Source of the DNA: Polyangiales bacterium
GTDB lineage: Bacteria > Myxococcota_A > Polyangia > Polyangiales > Houyiibacteriaceae
DNA: 64,000 bases
Direction of reading: 5' to 3'
Assembly (NCBI GenBank): GCA_045106895.1
Contig: JBGCFM010000160.1
Span: 21,882 to 85,881 of the forward strand
Shown: one piece after another, positions 46,134 through 55,556 of the stretch
Layout of the letters: each line of letters begins with the position of its first letter
Numbering within the stretch: the stretch's first letter is position 1
The notes under the pieces: model-generated
Seen by the model: the letters and a program-made list of their open reading frames with translations, nothing else
Databases searched by the model: none
What the model was told of the DNA's origin: nothing
Position numbers and translations under genes: made by a program

Positions 46134-46850
46134 ATGAGCCAAGCCCACGACCGCCTCGAAGCCCTTGAAGATGAACTTGCCAGCCGTGGCGCCGATGGCG
46201 TTCGGCTCTCGCTAGTCCGCCGCGCACGCCATTTTAAGCGTAGCTGGGTGGAGATGGCCGAGGCGCTCCACATGGTGCGGCAGAAGAGCATGTACGTGGA
46301 GTGGGGCTACACGGATTTTCACGGTTACTGTCAGACGGAGCTGCTGCTGACGAAATCCACCGTCGACAAGCTGACGGGAACCTTCGCCGTGATGCGAGAG
46401 CACGCGCCCCAGGTACTTCAGCGAGACGGTGTCGCCCAGCCGATTCCGACGATGGATGCCGTCGACTACTTCGCGAAGGCGCTCCGCAAAGCCCCCGACA
46501 ACGACGACGACAACCTCGGACAGGTCCGCAGTGACGATGAGTGGGACGAGCTCCGGAACGCCGTCTTCGACGAAAACCAATCCGTCGCGGTGCTGCGCAA
46601 GAGCTTCGACCCGATCTTCTTCGCAAAGCCCGAAGGCATGGAGCAGGTCGAAGGCCTCGAGAAAACCCGCACGGCGATCCGCCGCTTGGAGGGGCTCTTG
46701 GCGCGCGTGGAGGGTCTCGACGACCGCAAAGTGAGCGCAGCGATGAGCGCGCTCGCGGCGCTTCGTTCCGAGGTGGACGAGAAGCTTCCGGAGGTGAAGG
46801 CGGCTCTTCGCGAGGCACCGAGAGAAGAGCGACGAGAAGAAGCATCGTGA
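46134..46850 (+). CDS. Conserved-looking hypothetical protein, possible HTH plus coiled coil
   Basis: FKRSWVEMAEAL..EWGYTDFHGYCQTELLL motif. Helical C-terminus. Divergent from cysS. Confidence 0.7.
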   Translation: MSQAHDRLEALEDELASRGADGVRLSLVRRARHFKRSWVEMAEALHMVRQKSMYVEWGYTDFHGYCQTELLLTKSTVDKLTGTFAVMREHAPQVLQRDGVAQPIPTMDAVDYFAKALRKAPDNDDDNLGQVRSDDEWDELRNAVFDENQSVAVLRKSFDPIFFAKPEGMEQVEGLEKTRTAIRRLEGLLARVEGLDDRKVSAAMSALAALRSEVDEKLPEVKAALREAPREERREEAS

Positions 46851-47530
46851 GCGCCCGCGCGCTGCTCGTGATGGCGCTCTCGCTGGTCGCCTGCGGGGAC
46901 GACGATGTGGCCCTGGACGCGGCGGTGAACGACGCCGGCGCCCGCGACTCCGGAGTCTTGGATGCTGGCGGCGACGTCGTCTCCATGGACGCCGGCGCGC
47001 CGGATGCTGCTCCAGCGGACTCTGGCTCCGATGCCCCGTCGGTGGATGCCTCCGCGGACGCCGCTGCCGAAATAGACGCCCAAACGGACGCCGGCTTTGG
47101 CATGAGCTGCGAGGCAGCCTGCGCCGAGACGCGTCTAGAGGCGCGCTTTGGTGACGTGACGGAGCTCTTCGACGTCGCATATTTTGGCGTCAACACAGAT
47201 GGCTCGCTTCGCGTGGAGGTCTATGGTGGCGCCGCCGAGGGCTGCCCCGAGATGGACTCTCCTTCGCCGGATCGCACGCTGATCCTCGGACTGCTGCCGG
47301 AGCCTGTGGATCGAAGCGAACTCACGATGACGGCGACTCTCCTCGACTTTGAAGGCACGCTGACGGATGCGCCTTTTCTCTCGACGCCGACGGCAATTGT
47401 CCGACCGGTTTCTGCCTCACTGACGCCGCTCACAATGGCGTTCATTCGCGTCGACTTCGACGCTTCTTTTGAAGGCGGCGAAGTCGACGGCGCCATCTAC
47501 GCGACCTACTGCTCTTCCTTGGACGAGTAG
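46847..47530 (+). CDS. Hypothetical lipoprotein
   Basis: LSLVAC lipobox, DAG/DSG linker, GCPEMDSP, ATYCSSLD. Confidence 0.7.
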   Translation: MSARALLVMALSLVACGDDDVALDAAVNDAGARDSGVLDAGGDVVSMDAGAPDAAPADSGSDAPSVDASADAAAEIDAQTDAGFGMSCEAACAETRLEARFGDVTELFDVAYFGVNTDGSLRVEVYGGAAEGCPEMDSPSPDRTLILGLLPEPVDRSELTMTATLLDFEGTLTDAPFLSTPTAIVRPVSASLTPLTMAFIRVDFDASFEGGEVDGAIYATYCSSLDE

Positions 47531-47541
47531 AAGAGGGACCA

Positions 47542-48804
47542 ATGCTCAAGATTGTTGAAGCTGGACAGGAGTCCTACGAGACGACGGTGGAATCGTTGTC
47601 GCGGCGCGGTGACGCTGACCTCGAACGCGTTGAACCCGCCGTTCGCGAAATACTGAGCAGCGTCCGCGAACGCGGAGACGCGGCGATTCGCGAATGCGCC
47701 AAGCGATTCGAACAACGAGACGTCGGAGACATCGTCCTTCGCGACTGGCGGGAGCGTGCCGCCCGCGTCTCCCCGGATGTTCGCGCGCTGCTCGTTGAGG
47801 CCGATGCACGTATTCGCGCTTATCACGAGCATCAGGTCGACGATGGCTTCGAGTACGAGGACCAAGGGGTTCGGCTTGGTCAGCGTGTTCGGCCCCTCGC
47901 CTCCGTGGGCGTCTACGCGCCGGGCGGAAAAGCGAGCTACCCAAGCTCAGTGCTGATGTGTGCCTCGGTGGCCTCGGTGGCGGGCGTGAAACGTATCGTC
48001 CTGGCGACGCCAAACCCGAGTGATATCGTGCTCGCCGCGGCGGAGATTGCCGGCGTGCATGAGGTCATCGATGCAGGCGGCGCTCAAGCCGTGGGCGCGC
48101 TGGCGTTCGGCACCGAGAGCGTCGTCGCCGTCGACAAGATCGTGGGTCCGGGAAACATCTACGTGGCTTGCGCCAAACGTCTCGTGTACGGCCGCGTCGA
48201 CATCGACTCCATCGCGGGGCCAAGTGAGATCTTGGTGGTGGCGGACGACTCCGCCGACCCTGCCATCGTCGCGGCGGACCTTCTCTCTCAGGCAGAGCAC
48301 GATGAAGCGGCCTATGCGCTGCTCATCACGCTCTCCCGCACCCAAGCGGACGCCGTAATAGCGGCCCTTGAGACGCAGCTCGCTGCGCTTCCGCGAAACG
48401 AGATCGCACGCGCCTCACTCGACGCGAACGGCGTCTGTCTCGTGGCAGGCACTCGCGAGGAAGCTGCGCGTGTTGCCGACCTGCTCGCCGCGGAGCACTT
48501 GGCCCTCGCCGTGGAAGAGCCGCGCGAGATGCTGAAGAGCATCGGTGCTGCCGGCGCAGTGTTTCTTGGATATCACACGCCGGAGGCGGCGGGAGACTAC
48601 GCGGCGGGCCCAAGTCATGTGTTGCCGACGGGCGGCTCCGCGCGTTTCGCAAGTCCCCTCGGCGTCTACGACTTCATGGTGCGCACCTCGCTCATCGAGT
48701 ACTCGAAGGCAGCGCTTGAAGCGCAGGGCGACTTGCTTGAAGGGCTCGCTCGCCTCGAAGGGCTTGAAGCCCACGCCCAGGCTGTGGCGAAACGCCGCGA
48801 GTAG
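47542..48804 (+). CDS. hisD: Histidinol dehydrogenase
   Basis: GVYAPGG..YPSSVLM, KIVGPGNIYV, IDSIAGPSE, SQAEH, AEHL, GPSHVLPT. Confidence 0.97.
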   Translation: MLKIVEAGQESYETTVESLSRRGDADLERVEPAVREILSSVRERGDAAIRECAKRFEQRDVGDIVLRDWRERAARVSPDVRALLVEADARIRAYHEHQVDDGFEYEDQGVRLGQRVRPLASVGVYAPGGKASYPSSVLMCASVASVAGVKRIVLATPNPSDIVLAAAEIAGVHEVIDAGGAQAVGALAFGTESVVAVDKIVGPGNIYVACAKRLVYGRVDIDSIAGPSEILVVADDSADPAIVAADLLSQAEHDEAAYALLITLSRTQADAVIAALETQLAALPRNEIARASLDANGVCLVAGTREEAARVADLLAAEHLALAVEEPREMLKSIGAAGAVFLGYHTPEAAGDYAAGPSHVLPTGGSARFASPLGVYDFMVRTSLIEYSKAALEAQGDLLEGLARLEGLEAHAQAVAKRRE

Positions 48805-48898
48805 CGCGGCGAGCTCGCACCATCCCGCAAGAAAAATGAGTCGTTTGCGTGGCTGATTCGTCTAGTCACACGGAACGCTCGCAACAAGGGAACTCGCG

Positions 48899-49480
48899 AT
48901 GACTCGACTAACTACGATCCTGCTTCCGGCTCTTCTTCTCGCCGTGGCCTGCGGTGGTGCACGCACTTCCGTGGAGACAGGTGCCGACGAACACGGCGCC
49001 GACGAACACGGCGCCGACGAACAGGGTGCTGAACAACAAGAAAGGGCGCCGCACGAAGCGAGCGCTCCGGCGGCGCCTGCCTGCGCAAACGCCGTACCGG
49101 TTCCGTCCTGCGAGAGCATGGACGTGGAAACGATGTCCGCGGATGAACTCGTCAACCAATGGGATTCCTTCGAAGGCCAAACCGTGCACGTACTTGGTGG
49201 ACTGAGAATCGACCCTGGCATGTGCACGTTGATGGAGTGCGGCCCCGAAAACCCATGTTGCAACAGCTGTGGCGGCGCCCTTAGTTTCGCCCGAGATGTC
49301 GTGTTGGACGAGAGCGAAGGCCGCTTCGGCTGCGAGGGGAACTCCTGTGGACTGTGTTGCGGCTACGCGGTGCCGTCACAGAACGTTCGCACGAGTGGCC
49401 GGCCTGGAGTCGATGCCCACGGCTATCGTCACCTCTATGATGCCGTCGTTTGCGTTCCATCCTCGGAGGGCGGCTCATAG
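48899..49480 (+). CDS. Cys-rich lipoprotein
   Basis: LAVAC lipobox. MCTLMECGPENPCCNSCGG, CEGNSCGLCC. Confidence 0.7.
   Translation: MTRLTTILLPALLLAVACGGARTSVETGADEHGADEHGADEQGAEQQERAPHEASAPAAPACANAVPVPSCESMDVETMSADELVNQWDSFEGQTVHVLGGLRIDPGMCTLMECGPENPCCNSCGGALSFARDVVLDESEGRFGCEGNSCGLCCGYAVPSQNVRTSGRPGVDAHGYRHLYDAVVCVPSSEGGS
48980..49024 (+). repeat. 3x 15-bp coding tandem repeat (GADEH/Q)
   Basis: ggtgccgacgaacac ggcgccgacgaacac ggcgccgacgaacag. Confidence 0.85.
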
Positions 49481-49547
49481 GCCGTACCGAAGGCGTCATT
49501 GAGAGAGTCGTTGGGAACGAGTGCAAAGGGCGCGCTATGACCTCCCC

Positions 49548-50381
49548 ATGGAAACGAAGCTGGATCAGCTCCTCGAAGCGAACCGAAACTACGACTCTCT
49601 CTACGACGAGGGCTTGAGCAACCATCTTTCGATGGCGTTGATCGCGCTCGAACGGATGGGCGCCGAAGACGCGGCGCTCGAGACGTTCTTTCAGCGCTAT
49701 TCGAAACGACTTGAGCCAAGCATTGGCCGGGCGCCGCAGCGCGATGTGGGCGAGGCCTTGGCAAAGCTGAGCCTCGGCGTGGGTGCTTCGGCGTTTCATG
49801 GACTGATCCAAACGGCCTACGCCATCGAGCATGGCAACGCGCTAGAGGTCGCGCGGGCCCTCGAGGTCTGGGAGCGTTCGTACTTGCCACTCGGTCGCTC
49901 GACGTCTTTCGTCGGCGGCTTTGAGTTTGAGCTTCCAAAGTTTGGGAACATCTTCTTGCGCATGAAGCATATCGCGGGACTCGATGCATTTCGCGCCCGT
50001 CTGTGTGAAGACGGACGGGTGGAGGAGTCGGCGCTCATCGACTTCTCCGTACGGGCCTACTTCGCGACCCGAGGCGACTTTACGGCGCTTCATCTGGTGA
50101 CCGCAGTCGACGCGTTCTTGCTCGTCGAAGAGCGGTATCCAATGGACCGCCCGGCGCTCGTCGCGGCTCTCTCGGCGGCCATGCTGACTATTCGAAAGCC
50201 GCTTCGAAGCGACGTCGCGCCGCCCGCGAAACGGAGCTGGGAGGAGCTCCGGCGTGAGGCTGCACGCTCACCAAACGACCACACCATCAAGCTCGCGTAC
50301 AGCTGCGAACGTATGGCGAAACGCAGCGGCGACGATCGCTACCGCAGCATCGTTGAACACCGCTTGGGAACTCCCGGCTGA
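49548..50381 (+). CDS. Questin oxidase-like (DUF4243) protein
   Basis: GLSNHLSMALIAL, AFHGLI..AYA, DFTALHLVTA, NDHTIKL. Confidence 0.75.
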   Translation: METKLDQLLEANRNYDSLYDEGLSNHLSMALIALERMGAEDAALETFFQRYSKRLEPSIGRAPQRDVGEALAKLSLGVGASAFHGLIQTAYAIEHGNALEVARALEVWERSYLPLGRSTSFVGGFEFELPKFGNIFLRMKHIAGLDAFRARLCEDGRVEESALIDFSVRAYFATRGDFTALHLVTAVDAFLLVEERYPMDRPALVAALSAAMLTIRKPLRSDVAPPAKRSWEELRREAARSPNDHTIKLAYSCERMAKRSGDDRYRSIVEHRLGTPG

Positions 50382-50429
50382 ACGAATCCTCCTTGCGAAT
50401 GGAGCCCACCCATGTAGCCTGACGGTGCT

Positions 50430-51818
50430 GTGAGAGTTGCATTCGTCGCCGCTAATCGCGAAATCCTACCAGACGCGGTTATTCCGTTCGGACTCCTGAA
50501 TGTAATGTCAGCCATTCCCGAACACCATGAGCGTTGGCTCGTCGATGTTGGGTTCGAAGATGACCCTCTCGAGTACATTCGGACGGAATTAAAACGACCC
50601 GCGGACCTAGTCGCAATCGGGCTCCGCAACATTCAAAACAACGACTACGACGGCGTCCGTGACAACCTCGACTGGTACGAGGAGTTGATCGCAGCGATCC
50701 GCGAGACCACGGACGCGCCCATCGTCCTCGGGGGCGGTGGTTTCAGCGTTATGCCCGAAGGCATGATGCGCCGTCTCCGTCCGGACTTCGGCATCTCCGG
50801 GGAGGGCGAGCAGCCGCTTCCGATGTTGATGGATGCCATTGAGTCCGGCACCGGCCTCGACAAGGTTCCGAACCTGTATTGGTGGAACGGCGAAGAGCTT
50901 GAGAACCGCGGGCACGTCAAAGCCTTCGTCGACATGAACGCCGCTCCCATCGTCGATCGCTCGTGGGTCAAAGACCGTTACTACGAAGAGCACGGCATCG
51001 ACTCGGTGCAGACCAAACGCGGATGCAACCTCCGTTGCGACTACTGCACCTATCCTATTGTCGAAGGCCGCGTGAGTCGCCGACGCGACCCGAAACTCGT
51101 CGCCGACGAGTTCGAATCGGTCCAAGAACAACATCCAAACGTGAAGCACATCTTCATCGTGGACTCGGTGTTCAACTTGCCACCGAAGCACGCCAAGGAC
51201 GTGTGCCGGGAGCTCATCGCGCGAAACAACAAGCTGCCCTGGACAGCGTACGCGAATCCCCTGCGCTTCGATGACGAGCTTGCGGAGCTGATGGTGGCCG
51301 CGGGCTGCGCGGGCGTCGAGGTCGGCACGGACTCCGGGTGCGACGAGGTTCTCTTCCGGCTCAAGAAGGGCTTCGATACAAATCGCGTTCGTCAGCTCCG
51401 GGCTTCGTGTGAACGAGCCGGGCTGCCCGACTGCCACAACTTCATCCTCGGCACACCCGGGGAGACACTCGACGACGTCAAACGCACCCTCGACTTCATC
51501 GTCGACATCGACCCCTTCTCCGCGCTCCTCGTGTGCTGGGTCGACGACCTCGAAGCACTCGACCCTGAGCTTCGGGTGGTGCGTCAGCAGCTTCGCGAGG
51601 ACGTTCACCAGGTGCTGCTCGACCACCGTGACCGCTACCCGCGGTGGATTATGCCCGCCCTCGGCGTGAATTTCTCGACGCGGCTCTTCCGTGCGCTTCG
51701 AAACAGCGGCCTGCACGGGCCCCTGTGGCAGTACGCCGACAGCATCCCTGGAGGCGCCCGAACGCCAAAGCCGGTCCCGCCGGCCCGCCGCATGCTGCGC
51801 ATGCTCGAAGAGAGCTGA
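50430..51818 (+). CDS. B12-binding radical SAM enzyme (class B methyltransferase-like)
   Basis: GLRNI..VLGGGGFS..GEGE B12 domain. QTKRGCNLRCDYC, VDSVFN, GTPGET. Confidence 0.92.
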   Translation: MRVAFVAANREILPDAVIPFGLLNVMSAIPEHHERWLVDVGFEDDPLEYIRTELKRPADLVAIGLRNIQNNDYDGVRDNLDWYEELIAAIRETTDAPIVLGGGGFSVMPEGMMRRLRPDFGISGEGEQPLPMLMDAIESGTGLDKVPNLYWWNGEELENRGHVKAFVDMNAAPIVDRSWVKDRYYEEHGIDSVQTKRGCNLRCDYCTYPIVEGRVSRRRDPKLVADEFESVQEQHPNVKHIFIVDSVFNLPPKHAKDVCRELIARNNKLPWTAYANPLRFDDELAELMVAAGCAGVEVGTDSGCDEVLFRLKKGFDTNRVRQLRASCERAGLPDCHNFILGTPGETLDDVKRTLDFIVDIDPFSALLVCWVDDLEALDPELRVVRQQLREDVHQVLLDHRDRYPRWIMPALGVNFSTRLFRALRNSGLHGPLWQYADSIPGGARTPKPVPPARRMLRMLEES

Positions 51819-51854
51819 ATTGCAGAGCGCTCGGCAAAAGCGCACTCTGTGACT

Positions 51855-53495
51855 ATGCGCCGCCGACGAAGCAATCGAAGCCTCGTGTCATTTGTGGGTG
51901 TGCTCACCGTCGTCTTCGCCGCGTGCACCGGCGCCATCGGTGACCCCGCCGGCGAGTCGATTCTCCCTCCGATTCCTGGGAGCACGGTCTTTGAACCTCT
52001 GAGTCCCGTGGTCCGGCGACTGACTCGTGATGAGTACGCGCAGACCCTCGCGGATGTCGTAGGGGTCACTCTGACGGGTACCCAGCTGGCGAGCATTCCC
52101 GAGGACCGTCCCCTCGAAGGCTTCGCTCATATCGCCTCGGCCCAAACGGTTTTGCCCGAGCACGTACTCGCGTACAACGACCTCGCCCGTGTGGCGACAA
52201 GCGATGCGGCGTTTCCCGCCTTCGTCGCGCGCCACTCCGAGTGTACCGAGACCACGACTGCTTGCGGCAGCGCGTTTATTCTCCAAGCCGGCGGCGCGCT
52301 CTTTCGACGGCCCATGGCCGCCGAAGACGCGATGCCCTTCGAGACCCTCTTCGCTGCGATGTTGGCTGAAGAGGCGGACTATTCGGAGGCCGTGGCCGCC
52401 GTCACGCAGGCCATGCTTCAGTCGCCCGGGTTCATCTACCTTCTTCAGCGCGAACGAGAGCCAACGTCGAGCAGCGCCGACGAAGACGTGCGAATCATTG
52501 GGGGCTATGAGATGGCCTCGAAGCTCTCTTATTTTCTGTGGGGCGCCCCGCCGGACGAAGAGCTCTACGAAGCCGCCGCCTCAGGGCGTCTCGACACCGC
52601 CGACGGCGTCGAAGCCGAAGCGATGCGCATGCTCGGGGAGAGTGCCCGCGTACGGCGAAGCGTCGCGCGATACCTCATCGACTGGGCGAGGCTTGAGAGC
52701 CTGCCCGACGAAGATGGACTCAAAGACGACCTCATCGCCAGCGCCGTCGAGTATTACGTCGACCGCGTCGAAAACGACGCGAACCTCTTCTCGCTCTTCT
52801 CGGACCAGGATGTATTCCTCACGCCGCGCCTCGCTGAAGCCTACGGAGAAGACGCCAGCGACGGCGTCCTCGTCGTCCAGCGAGAAGAAGGTGGCGGCAT
52901 CCTCGGGCAGCCCGGCGTCGTCGCCGGGATGACCAACGCCGACGGTGGAGAGATCGTCGCCCGTGGGCTCTTTCTCTTGAGCCAGCTCTTTTGTGGAAAC
53001 CCGCCGAACTTCCCCGTGGAGCTCCAAGGGGCCATCGACGAGTTCGTCGCGGGTCAGCCCGAAGATGCGTCGGACCGCGACATCGCCGAGGCGCGTCTTG
53101 AGCGTTCCGAGTGTGGAAACTGCCACCGCAGCTTCGACCCTCTGGCCTACGCCTTTGAACGCTTTGACCACCGCGGCCTTCCGCGCACGGAAGACGAACA
53201 CGGGAACGCGCTTCGCGTCGATGGCTGGATTCCTCAGGGGCTCCATAGCGAGTCCGGGGAACAAACGTACGATGGTTTTGCTTCCTACATGCTGCTCCTC
53301 AACGGCAACTCCCGCATCCGAGCTTGTCTCGCGCAGAAACAAGTGGAGTTCGCCATCGCGAGCCGTGTTGGCCTCGAGCAGCAGGGCGCGGTCACGGACC
53401 TCGTCGCAGCGGTGACGGACTCCAGCACGCACCGCGCGATGGTTCGCACCCTCGTCCGCCACGACGTCTTTCGCACCATGGAGCGCGCCCAATGA
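51855..53495 (+). CDS. DUF1592-family lipoprotein (DUF1587/1595/1592/1588 array) with CxxCH
   Basis: RRLTRDEY, LFRRP, LQSPGF, YEMASKLSYFLW..PDEEL..A..G.L, CGNCH..DPL..AFE.FD. Confidence 0.88.
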   Translation: MRRRRSNRSLVSFVGVLTVVFAACTGAIGDPAGESILPPIPGSTVFEPLSPVVRRLTRDEYAQTLADVVGVTLTGTQLASIPEDRPLEGFAHIASAQTVLPEHVLAYNDLARVATSDAAFPAFVARHSECTETTTACGSAFILQAGGALFRRPMAAEDAMPFETLFAAMLAEEADYSEAVAAVTQAMLQSPGFIYLLQREREPTSSSADEDVRIIGGYEMASKLSYFLWGAPPDEELYEAAASGRLDTADGVEAEAMRMLGESARVRRSVARYLIDWARLESLPDEDGLKDDLIASAVEYYVDRVENDANLFSLFSDQDVFLTPRLAEAYGEDASDGVLVVQREEGGGILGQPGVVAGMTNADGGEIVARGLFLLSQLFCGNPPNFPVELQGAIDEFVAGQPEDASDRDIAEARLERSECGNCHRSFDPLAYAFERFDHRGLPRTEDEHGNALRVDGWIPQGLHSESGEQTYDGFASYMLLLNGNSRIRACLAQKQVEFAIASRVGLEQQGAVTDLVAAVTDSSTHRAMVRTLVRHDVFRTMERAQ

Positions 53496-54865
53496 CGAAG
53501 AAGATCTCCCGTCGCTTCATGCTCCGAGGCGCTGGCAGCATCGCCATCGCTCTTCCGTTTCTTCCGGAGATGGCCCCGCGGGCATCTTCTCAGGAGGACG
53601 CGCCGCCGGGGAGGCTGGTGACGCTCTTCTTCGGCTTGGGCCTCGATCCTTCTTGGCAACGCGACTTCGCGGGGCCTCTTGAACCTCTCGCGCCGTTCGC
53701 TTCGAAGATGGCGTTGTGCTCCACGGGCATGCGGCAGGGAAATACGGGGGGTGCACACTGCAACAACAGCACCGTGGTCTTCGTCGGTGAGCAGCAGTCG
53801 TCCGTCAACGTCGCCGGCGGTCCTTCCATCGACCAGCTTGTTCGTGCGCGCGTCGATGCGAGCGCTCCCACGTTGGCGAGTGGACTATGGTGGCGACGCG
53901 GCGCTTGCGATGCCCAGGCGCTTCGCGTCTACAACCCCGACGGCTCCCCACGTCCTCCAGTGAAGCGTCCCTCGGAAGTCTTCGACCGCGTCTTCGGCTC
54001 CTACATGCCGCCGACTCCTGGCGGGGACAACGAAGCAGCACGTCGCGCTCTTCGTATCCGCCGCTCCATCTTGGACTCGGTCCTTTCCCAATACGAATCG
54101 CTCCGAGGGGATCGCTCCTACCTTGGAGCCGAATCGAAACGAAAGATCGATCAGCACCTCTCGTCGATCCGCGAGCGCGAGATGCAGCTGGCGCCCGCAG
54201 ACGACATCATCGATAACCCCGGCGCCATGTGCGATGTCGGAACACGTCCCGGCGACCCAGACATCGCCGACTACGACCGCTTCACGTATGGCACCGGAGA
54301 TGGAGCACCGCAGATCGCGTGGCAGGACGTGGAACAAGTCTTCTCGCTTCACGCGGACCTCTACGCGCTTGCGCTTCAGTGTGACCTCGTTCGCTATGGA
54401 AACCTCATGTTTGAGTCCGCTGGTGGTCACACGAACCTCAGCGGCACTTACTCGGCCATGGGCGACTCCACGGACTTTCCGGGCACCTCCCAGCACGACG
54501 CGTACTTCCACGGCAATCAGCTCACCGAGGCGCGTTTGTATCAGCACTTCGCCATGCGCAACCTCGCCTACTTCCTCGCGAAGCTCGACGACACGGACAT
54601 GCTCGAGGCCAACGGCAAGACCGTCCTCGACAATATGACCCTCCTCATCGGCACGGAGTACGGCTGGAACCACTCCCAAACGGATGTGTTTCACGCCATC
54701 GTCGGCGGGGACGGCAAGTTCGCCGCTGGGAACTTCACAAACCGGACCGTGAACTGCATCGACGTCTACAATGAGATCGTTCGTGCCCACGGCGTCGAAG
54801 ACGCGCGCATCGGCGAGGCGACGGGCGTGGAGTCCGAAGGTGATGCCTCATTCCTGCGGGCGTGA
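53492..54865 (+). CDS. DUF1552-family Tat-exported protein
   Basis: ISRRFMLRGAG..IALPFL, SIDQ, P.EVFDRVFG, SILD.V, HL.SIRE.E, EANGKTVLDN. ATGA coupling. Confidence 0.88.
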   Translation: MTKKISRRFMLRGAGSIAIALPFLPEMAPRASSQEDAPPGRLVTLFFGLGLDPSWQRDFAGPLEPLAPFASKMALCSTGMRQGNTGGAHCNNSTVVFVGEQQSSVNVAGGPSIDQLVRARVDASAPTLASGLWWRRGACDAQALRVYNPDGSPRPPVKRPSEVFDRVFGSYMPPTPGGDNEAARRALRIRRSILDSVLSQYESLRGDRSYLGAESKRKIDQHLSSIREREMQLAPADDIIDNPGAMCDVGTRPGDPDIADYDRFTYGTGDGAPQIAWQDVEQVFSLHADLYALALQCDLVRYGNLMFESAGGHTNLSGTYSAMGDSTDFPGTSQHDAYFHGNQLTEARLYQHFAMRNLAYFLAKLDDTDMLEANGKTVLDNMTLLIGTEYGWNHSQTDVFHAIVGGDGKFAAGNFTNRTVNCIDVYNEIVRAHGVEDARIGEATGVESEGDASFLRA

Positions 54866-55002
54866 CGCGCCATGTGAATGCCGCGAGACTTCGTACTTCG
54901 GGTTCATCCCCGTCGGGCGGCGCGGGCGGCCATATGCGCCATCAATAGGAGGCATACGGAAACACTGCTTCAACGTCGCCGCGAACCAGCTATCCTCGCT
55001 GC

Positions 55003-55488
55003 ATGAAACGCCGCTTATTTCTTCAAAACACCGCCGGTGTCGCTGGCTTCGTCCTCCTTGGCTGCGGCGACGATGACCTTCCCGTCTCGGATAGTGGTCC
55101 ATCCCCCGACGCAAGCGGCGACGCTGGGAACGACGCCGGGTCCTCTCCGGATGCGGGCGCCGTAGACGCGGGCGCACCGGATGTGGGCGCGCCCGATGTG
55201 GGCGCCCCCGACGCAGGCCCTCCGGAACCGATGTGCATGAACGTCACGTTCATCATGGGCGACGACCACCCGCTGCCCCACGCCGAAGGGATCGAGTTCC
55301 CCGCCGCGGACGTCATCGCCGGCGTCGAGGTGACGTACGACATCACCGGCGCGAGCCGTCACCCTCACACGCTGGTGGTGACGCCGGAGCACTTTGCGCG
55401 TCTGGCGGCGGGCGAGGCTGTGACCATTGAGTCGAGTTTCGACAATCGCCACGTTCACGACGTCACCTTGATGTGCAGCGCAAGCTGA
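55003..55488 (+). CDS. Tat-type lipoprotein with HxH metal-binding motifs
   Basis: MKRRLFL..LLGC, DAG linker, HPLPH, RHPH, RHVH..C. Confidence 0.72.
   Translation: MKRRLFLQNTAGVAGFVLLGCGDDDLPVSDSGPSPDASGDAGNDAGSSPDAGAVDAGAPDVGAPDVGAPDAGPPEPMCMNVTFIMGDDHPLPHAEGIEFPAADVIAGVEVTYDITGASRHPHTLVVTPEHFARLAAGEAVTIESSFDNRHVHDVTLMCSAS
55171..55215 (+). repeat. 3x 15-bp coding tandem repeat (GAPDV/A)
   Basis: ggcgcaccggatgtg ggcgcgcccgatgtg ggcgcccccgacgca. Confidence 0.75.
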
Positions 55489-55556
55489 GTCGCCTCGCTT
55501 TGGACGTCTTCGTCTCTTCACGCAGGGCGTAGCGCGTGGTGTAGACTCTTGCGCGC

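Noticed and set aside
48980..49024. Short tandem repeats (also 55171-55215) as CRISPR or contingency loci
   Set aside because: In-frame 15-bp units encoding lipoprotein linkers; no spacers or cas genes.
50607..51845. 412-aa minus-strand ORF
   Set aside because: Antisense shadow of the radical SAM gene.
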